Positions 33,628 through 38,033 of a DNA stretch of 38,033 nucleotides are shown here, in pieces. A model generated the notes under the pieces. That model saw nothing but the letters and a program-made list of their open reading frames with translations. It made no database searches and was not told where the DNA came from. Location of the stretch: assembly GCA_964507315.1 (NCBI GenBank), contig CAZDQR010000001.1, positions 1 to 38,033 on the forward strand, in the 5' to 3' direction. The DNA is from an uncultured Roseivirgaceae bacterium (lineage in GTDB: Bacteria; Bacteroidota; Bacteroidia; Cytophagales; Cyclobacteriaceae). Made by a program: the position numbers and the translations under genes. Numbering within the stretch: position 1 is the first letter of the stretch; every line of letters begins with the position of its first letter.

Positions 33628-33628
33628 T

Positions 33629-34156
33629 TTATGTGGTTTTTGCAAGGTAATCCCACAGAATCACTCCTATGGTTACTGAGATATTTAAACTGTGCTTGGT
33701 GCCAAATTGGGGTATTTCTAAACACACATCGGCTTCATTAACAATGCTGTCTTCCACACCAAAGGCCTCGTTGCCAAACACAAAGGCATATTGCTGTTTT
33801 GGCTGGGGCTCGAACTTAAGAAGGTTGGTGCTGTTATCGGCTTGTTCTACTGCTGCTATTAAAAACCCATTTTCTTTTGCATTATCAACAGCTTCTTGTG
33901 TTGAGTTAAAGTAGTGCCACTCCACAGTGTCGGTTGCACCTAAAGCTGTTTTGTTGATGTCTCTATGTGGAGGTTGTGCAGTAATACCTGCTAGGTAAAT
34001 AGCTTTTACCAAAAAAGCATCGGAAGTTCTAAAGGCAGAACCTACATTATTCATGCTTCTAATGTTATCTAAAATTAAGATTACTGGAATTTTGTTTTTT
34101 GCCTTAAATTCTTCGGGAGTAAGCCGGTTAAGTTCTTCGTTTTTTAGTTTACGCAT
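33629..34156 (-). CDS. SpoU/TrmH-family RNA 2'-O-methyltransferase
   Basis: 175 aa from ATG 34156 (MRKLKNEELNRL...). SPOUT motifs NVGSAFRT, FVFGNEAFGV, LNISVTIG. The longer ORF-track start (34336) would run into mutS. Confidence 0.85.
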   Translation of the reverse strand: MRKLKNEELNRLTPEEFKAKNKIPVILILDNIRSMNNVGSAFRTSDAFLVKAIYLAGITAQPPHRDINKTALGATDTVEWHYFNSTQEAVDNAKENGFLIAAVEQADNSTNLLKFEPQPKQQYAFVFGNEAFGVEDSIVNEADVCLEIPQFGTKHSLNISVTIGVILWDYLAKTT

Positions 34157-34240
34157 ATAAGTGATCAATTTAAGGGTTGAAAATATTGCTTTTCGGGCAT
34201 TTGTACTTCTAAAATCGTAATAAATATTCAATATTTGTAA

Positions 34241-34248
34241 CAAAAATA
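34241..34248 (-). promoter_or_regulatory. -7 promoter box TATTTTTG for the SpoU/TrmH gene
   Basis: The minus strand reads tgTATTTTTGttac, about 85 nt upstream of ATG 34156 and downstream of the rejected ATG 34336. Confidence 0.3.
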
Positions 34249-34257
34249 CATATCCCC

Positions 34258-36864
34258 TTGACGAAAGAAAAAGCATCCAAAGAAACCCCGTTAATGAAAC
34301 AGTATAATGCCATAAAGGTAAAATACCCTGGGGCAATGCTGCTTTTTAGAGTAGGTGATTTTTACGAAACATTTGGAGAAGATGCCATTAAGGCAAGTAA
34401 AGTGCTCGATATTGTTTTAACAAAAAGAGCTAATGGTGCTGCTTCGCATTTGGAGTTGGCGGGGTTTCCTCATCATTCTCTCGAAACCTATTTGCCAAAA
34501 TTAGTTCGTGCAGGCAATAGGGTGGCTATTTGTGACCAATTAGAAGACCCAAAGTCGGTAAAGGGCATAGTAAAACGAGGCGTTACCGAATTGGTAACTC
34601 CCGGGTTGGCCTACAGCGATAACGTACTTGAAACGAGGCGTAATAATTATTTAGCCTCCATAGCTTTTGGTAAAGATGGGTTGGGTATAGCCTTCTTAGA
34701 TTTATCTACTGGCGAGTTTTTGGTTGCCGAAGGCAATGAAGATCATATTAATAAATTGATTCAAGGGTTTGTTCCAACAGAAATAATTTATTCTAAGCCT
34801 AATAGGGCTGCTTTTGAAGGGTTGGGTTTGGCCGATTATCATTATTATGCCTTAGACGATTGGGCTTTTAGTTATGATTATGGGTATGAGTCGTTAACCA
34901 ACCACTTTAACACTCCTAATTTAAAAGGGTATGGAATAGAACCACTTAAGTTGGCAATTACTGCAGCCGGAGCAGTATTAAATTACCTTAAAGAAACTGA
35001 GCATAAAGAAGTAGCTCATATTAATGCAATAGCTAGAATTGAGGAAGAAAAATTTGTTTGGCTCGATAAATTCACTATCCGAAACCTCGAACTTATTTTT
35101 CCTCAATTAGAGGGTGGTGTGCCATTAATAAATATACTAGACCATACCGTTACTCCAATGGGTGCGCGTATGATGCGGAAATGGGTAGTGCTGCCTTTAA
35201 AAGATAAGGAAGCAATCGAATCTCGACTTAGGGTGGTAGAAGCACTAAAAGACGAAGACAGTTTATTGCAAGAAATTCTTAGTAACCTTAGCCATATTGG
35301 TGACTTAGAACGGCTAATTTCTAAAGTGGCTGTAGGCAGAATTAATCCACGTGAATTGGTGATGCTTAAGCGATCGCTTAGTTACACATTGCCTATTAAA
35401 GAGCAGTTATTAAATTCGGGGAATGCAGAACTTGCTCGTAAAGCTGATTTAATTAATCGGTGTGATTTACTTCTTAAAAAAATAGAAACAGAGATTAAAG
35501 AAGATGCTCCAATGTTGGTGCATCAAGGGGGTATTATAAAAGAAGGAATTAATGCTGAGCTGGATGAATTACGATCGCTCGCTTTTTCTGGAAAAGACCA
35601 TCTAAGAAAAATTAGGGAAAGAGAAGTTGAACGAACTGGTATTAGCTCACTTAAAATTGCATATAATAGAGTATTTGGCTACTACTTAGAGGTTAGTAAT
35701 GCTCATAAAGATAAGGTGCCACCCGAATGGATTCGGAAGCAAACACTGGTAAATGCCGAGCGATATATTACCGAAGAGCTTAAAGTATATGAAGAGAAAA
35801 TTTTAAGTGCCGAGGGTAAACTGTTGGTAATTGAGCAGCAGTTATTTCAAGATATGATCTTATTTGCTAGCGATTATATAGAACCAATTCAGCAAAATGC
35901 GCAAGTACTAGCATCTATCGATTGCCTCTGTTCTTTTGCTAATGTGGCTATTAAAAACAAGTATGTGGCTCCAATTATTTCAGAGTCTGATGTAATTGAT
36001 ATTAAGGCTGGCCGCCACCCGGTAATTGAAAAACAGTTGCCCTTGGGAGAGGCCTATGTGCCTAATGATGTTTATTTGGATAACTCTACTCAGCAAATAA
36101 TTATTGTTACGGGGCCTAATATGGCAGGCAAATCGGCCTTATTGCGCCAAGTGGCGCTTATTGTGCTTATGGCACAAATGGGTTCGTTTGTGCCTGCAAA
36201 ATCTGCGAACATTGGTTTGGTTGACAAGGTGTTTACCAGAGTGGGAGCTTCTGATAATCTTTCGCAAGGCGAATCTACCTTTATGGTAGAAATGACGGAG
36301 ACTGCTGGTATTCTTAATAATTTATCTGATAAGAGCTTGGTGTTAATGGATGAGATCGGCCGCGGCACGAGCACTTACGATGGGGTTTCTATTGCTTGGT
36401 CCATAGTTGAGTATCTGCATAATTCCAAAAACGGCAGAGCAAAAACATTATTTGCAACGCATTATCACGAATTAAATCAGTTAACCGAAGACTTTGAAAG
36501 AATTAAGAACTTTAACGTTTCGGTTAAAGAGGTAGGCGATAAGGTGATTTTTATGCGTAAGCTTAAACCTGGCGGTAGCGAGCATAGTTTTGGTATCCAC
36601 GTGGCTCAGATGGCTGGTATGCCAAACCCAGTAGTGCTGAGGGCAAATGAAATAATGCATTTCTTAGAAAAGGATAAACAAAAAGAAAAAGACAAATCTA
36701 AGTTAGAGGAAATGCCAAAGAATAATTTTCAGATGGCCATGTTTGAGGCTGATCCCAAGTTTAAGGAAGTAGAAGAAATGCTAGAAAAGCTAGATATTAA
36801 TACTATTTCTCCTGTGGAGGCATTGTTAAAGCTGAACGAAATTAAAGGGAAACTACAAAAGTAA
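34258..36864 (+). CDS. mutS: DNA mismatch repair protein MutS
   Basis: 868 aa. N-terminal TPLMKQY...GDFYETFGEDA, Walker A GPNMAGKS, STFMVEM, DEIGRGTSTYDG. TTG start inferred because the conserved TPLMKQY block precedes the first ATG. Confidence 0.96.
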   Translation: MTKEKASKETPLMKQYNAIKVKYPGAMLLFRVGDFYETFGEDAIKASKVLDIVLTKRANGAASHLELAGFPHHSLETYLPKLVRAGNRVAICDQLEDPKSVKGIVKRGVTELVTPGLAYSDNVLETRRNNYLASIAFGKDGLGIAFLDLSTGEFLVAEGNEDHINKLIQGFVPTEIIYSKPNRAAFEGLGLADYHYYALDDWAFSYDYGYESLTNHFNTPNLKGYGIEPLKLAITAAGAVLNYLKETEHKEVAHINAIARIEEEKFVWLDKFTIRNLELIFPQLEGGVPLINILDHTVTPMGARMMRKWVVLPLKDKEAIESRLRVVEALKDEDSLLQEILSNLSHIGDLERLISKVAVGRINPRELVMLKRSLSYTLPIKEQLLNSGNAELARKADLINRCDLLLKKIETEIKEDAPMLVHQGGIIKEGINAELDELRSLAFSGKDHLRKIREREVERTGISSLKIAYNRVFGYYLEVSNAHKDKVPPEWIRKQTLVNAERYITEELKVYEEKILSAEGKLLVIEQQLFQDMILFASDYIEPIQQNAQVLASIDCLCSFANVAIKNKYVAPIISESDVIDIKAGRHPVIEKQLPLGEAYVPNDVYLDNSTQQIIIVTGPNMAGKSALLRQVALIVLMAQMGSFVPAKSANIGLVDKVFTRVGASDNLSQGESTFMVEMTETAGILNNLSDKSLVLMDEIGRGTSTYDGVSIAWSIVEYLHNSKNGRAKTLFATHYHELNQLTEDFERIKNFNVSVKEVGDKVIFMRKLKPGGSEHSFGIHVAQMAGMPNPVVLRANEIMHFLEKDKQKEKDKSKLEEMPKNNFQMAMFEADPKFKEVEEMLEKLDINTISPVEALLKLNEIKGKLQK

Positions 36865-36865
36865 A

Positions 36866-37582
36866 TTATAGCCTATTTAAGAACTGCATTAAATCGTCTC
36901 GGTAATTTTTTGAATAGGGCACAGGAGTTTCGCCAACAAATACATGGTTATTATCAAACCCAGAAATCCAATTGAGGTTAACAATGTACGATCTGTGCAG
37001 CCTAAAAAATAATGGATTTTGAACTTTTTTAGCTAGGCCTTGTAAATTCAGAGAAATGGAATAAGATTGATCTTTGGTAACAACCGTACTATAACTCCCA
37101 TCTGCTTTTACAAATTGAATTTCATCAATAGCTATTTTTTCGTACTTCTCCCCATTTTTTAGAAAGATGCATTTGTTCATTCCTGGTAAATCTGCAGACG
37201 TAAATATTTTTTTGTAATGATTAACAAAAGCAAGCTCGATGGCATGCACTAAATCTTTATGTGCAAATGGTTTTGATAAAAATGCTGCTGGAGAAGTGGC
37301 ATATGCCTTTTCTACATGTTCTCTATCTGTGTTTGCGGTTAAATATATTACGGGGTAATAGTCTGTTTTATAAATATATTTAATGGCGGAAATTCCATCT
37401 TTTTCGCCATCTAAATTTATATCCATAATAATAATATCAGGATGTAGATCTCTGGCTTTATTTATGGCTTGGTTGGCAGTTCGAGCAATACCAACTACAG
37501 CAATATCGTTATCATTCAAAATTTCTTCTAAATCTTGAGCGGTTATTGGGTTATCTTCTACAATTAAAACTTTGATTTCCAT
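36866..37582 (-). CDS. LytR/AlgR (LytTR) family response regulator
   Basis: 238 aa from ATG 37582 (MEIKVLIVEDNP...). Receiver Asp in IIIMDINLDG. C-terminal LytTR domain (IQFVKADGSYSTVVT...FFRLHRSYIVNL). ATG 37699 would add an atypical 39-aa extension. Confidence 0.88.
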   Translation of the reverse strand: MEIKVLIVEDNPITAQDLEEILNDNDIAVVGIARTANQAINKARDLHPDIIIMDINLDGEKDGISAIKYIYKTDYYPVIYLTANTDREHVEKAYATSPAAFLSKPFAHKDLVHAIELAFVNHYKKIFTSADLPGMNKCIFLKNGEKYEKIAIDEIQFVKADGSYSTVVTKDQSYSISLNLQGLAKKVQNPLFFRLHRSYIVNLNWISGFDNNHVFVGETPVPYSKNYRDDLMQFLNRL

Positions 37583-37782
37583 ATGGCGCAAAAATTGAAT
37601 GAGGTGAATGCTCGAACTTTGTTGGGCAATACCTCTCTCACCTTTAGTAAGTCTAAAGGTAAATAAATTATCATCTATTTTGCTATACGATTGCTGCATA
37701 ATAACTCAACAAAAATTATTCTAGTATTTTTTTTATTGATGAATCAAATTAAGAAAAATCAATAATGAAATGCAATAGAGTT

Positions 37783-37835
37783 TTTGTGAACGACCGTAAA
37801 AACTTTGTGAATGATACGATTTTCTTTGTGAATGA
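37783..37835. repeat. Three phased direct repeats TTTGTGAAYGA at exactly 21-bp intervals
   Basis: TTTGTGAACGA at 37783-37793, TTTGTGAATGA at 37804-37814, TTTGTGAATGA at 37825-37835. Confidence 0.9.
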
Positions 37836-37923
37836 AAATTGACACCTATAATGGCGACTTTGCTGTATTGCAAAAAAGTGGACAAAAAAACACGGATCGT
37901 ATTGCATTTAGGATACGGATGTA

Positions 37924-37931
37924 TACATTTG
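37924..37931 (+). promoter_or_regulatory. -7 promoter box TACATTTG for the tRNA gene
   Basis: TACATTTG lies about 50 nt upstream of the mature tRNA 5' end. TTG at 37902-37904 is a possible -33 element. Confidence 0.4.
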
Positions 37932-37937
37932 CAGTCC

Positions 37938-37959
37938 CATTTGAGAAACGCCTCAAATG
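37938..37959 (+). other. Perfect 8-bp hairpin in the predicted tRNA precursor leader
   Basis: CATTTGAG-aaacgc-CTCAAATG, starting at about the predicted transcription start. Confidence 0.4.
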
Positions 37960-37981
37960 CTACTTATTGAAGATAAATTAA

Positions 37982-38033
<52 letters not shown>

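Noticed and set aside
33398-33628. A possible plus-strand sRNA in the 231-nt fumC / SpoU-gene spacer, ending at the hairpin plus T7 at 33602-33630.
   Set aside because: I found no TAnnTTTG box on the plus strand in the spacer. The hairpin is adequately explained as the terminator of the minus-strand SpoU/TrmH gene. This cannot be decided without RNA data.
34157-34336. 60-codon N-terminal extension of the SpoU/TrmH ORF given by the ORF track.
   Set aside because: It would overlap the mutS start by about 80 nt. It lies upstream of the only -7 box for this gene and encodes a hydrophobic, non-conserved-looking peptide. ATG 34156 gives the typical 175-aa SPOUT protein.
37583-37699. 39-codon N-terminal extension of the LytTR response regulator.
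   Set aside because: Receiver domains normally begin within a few residues of the start (MEIKVLIVED), and the extension has no recognisable function. It is kept only as an alternative start, because an AAnnTTTG near-match precedes ATG 37699.
37783-37835. The triple repeat as a mini CRISPR array or mobile-element end.
   Set aside because: The repeats are only 11 bp with 10-bp spacers. There are no cas genes, no transposase and no flanking inverted repeats.
37839-37852. TTGACA ... TATAAT hexamers that look like a perfect sigma-70 promoter.
   Set aside because: Only 2 nt separate the hexamers, whereas about 17 are needed. Bacteroidota housekeeping promoters also use TTTG/TAnnTTTG rather than -35/-10 hexamers.

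Overview
AT-rich, gene-dense segment of about 40 genes that reads as core chromosome of a Bacteroidota bacterium (Flavobacteriia/Cytophagia-like). Supporting traits are very short spacers, no Shine-Dalgarno signals, TAnnTTTG-type -7 promoter boxes, a fused secDF, and an atp operon without atpDC. Gene order: atpF-atpH-atpA-atpG; a UbiA-like prenyltransferase plus SAM methyltransferase pair; a Cys-free secreted hypothetical protein; a multi-PAS histidine kinase; a YqaA/DedA-like membrane protein; cysteine desulfurase and glmM; a tiny Cys-rich membrane protein; mazG; a membrane-anchored zinc-ribbon protein; an alpha/beta hydrolase coupled to dxs; scpA; ndk; an nrnA - 3x FKBP lipoprotein - rdgB - udk operon; a small membrane protein plus secDF; DUF1684 plus a membrane protein; trkH/trkA; an 81-aa orphan; a SPOR-like coiled-coil protein; fumC; a SpoU/TrmH methyltransferase; mutS; a LytTR response regulator; and the first 52 nt of tRNA-Gly(GCC). 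I recognise no transposase, integrase, phage, CRISPR, toxin-antitoxin or defence gene, and no convincing novel multi-gene system, so this looks like an ordinary housekeeping region. Worth a second look: (1) udk is interrupted by one in-frame TAG, with its C-terminal third intact in the same frame. (2) Three TTTGTGAAYGA direct repeats lie exactly 21 bp apart between the LytTR regulator gene and the tRNA gene. (3) An orphan UbiA-like/methyltransferase pair is docked behind atpG. (4) Two uncharacterised proteins stand out: a Cys-free secreted protein with YiiX-like motif order, and a membrane zinc-ribbon protein. (5) Several structured regulatory sites are present: palindromic back-to-back -7 boxes, internal atp attenuator hairpins, long perfect palindromic bidirectional terminators, and leader hairpins. 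All family assignments come from motif recognition by eye, since no searches could be run.
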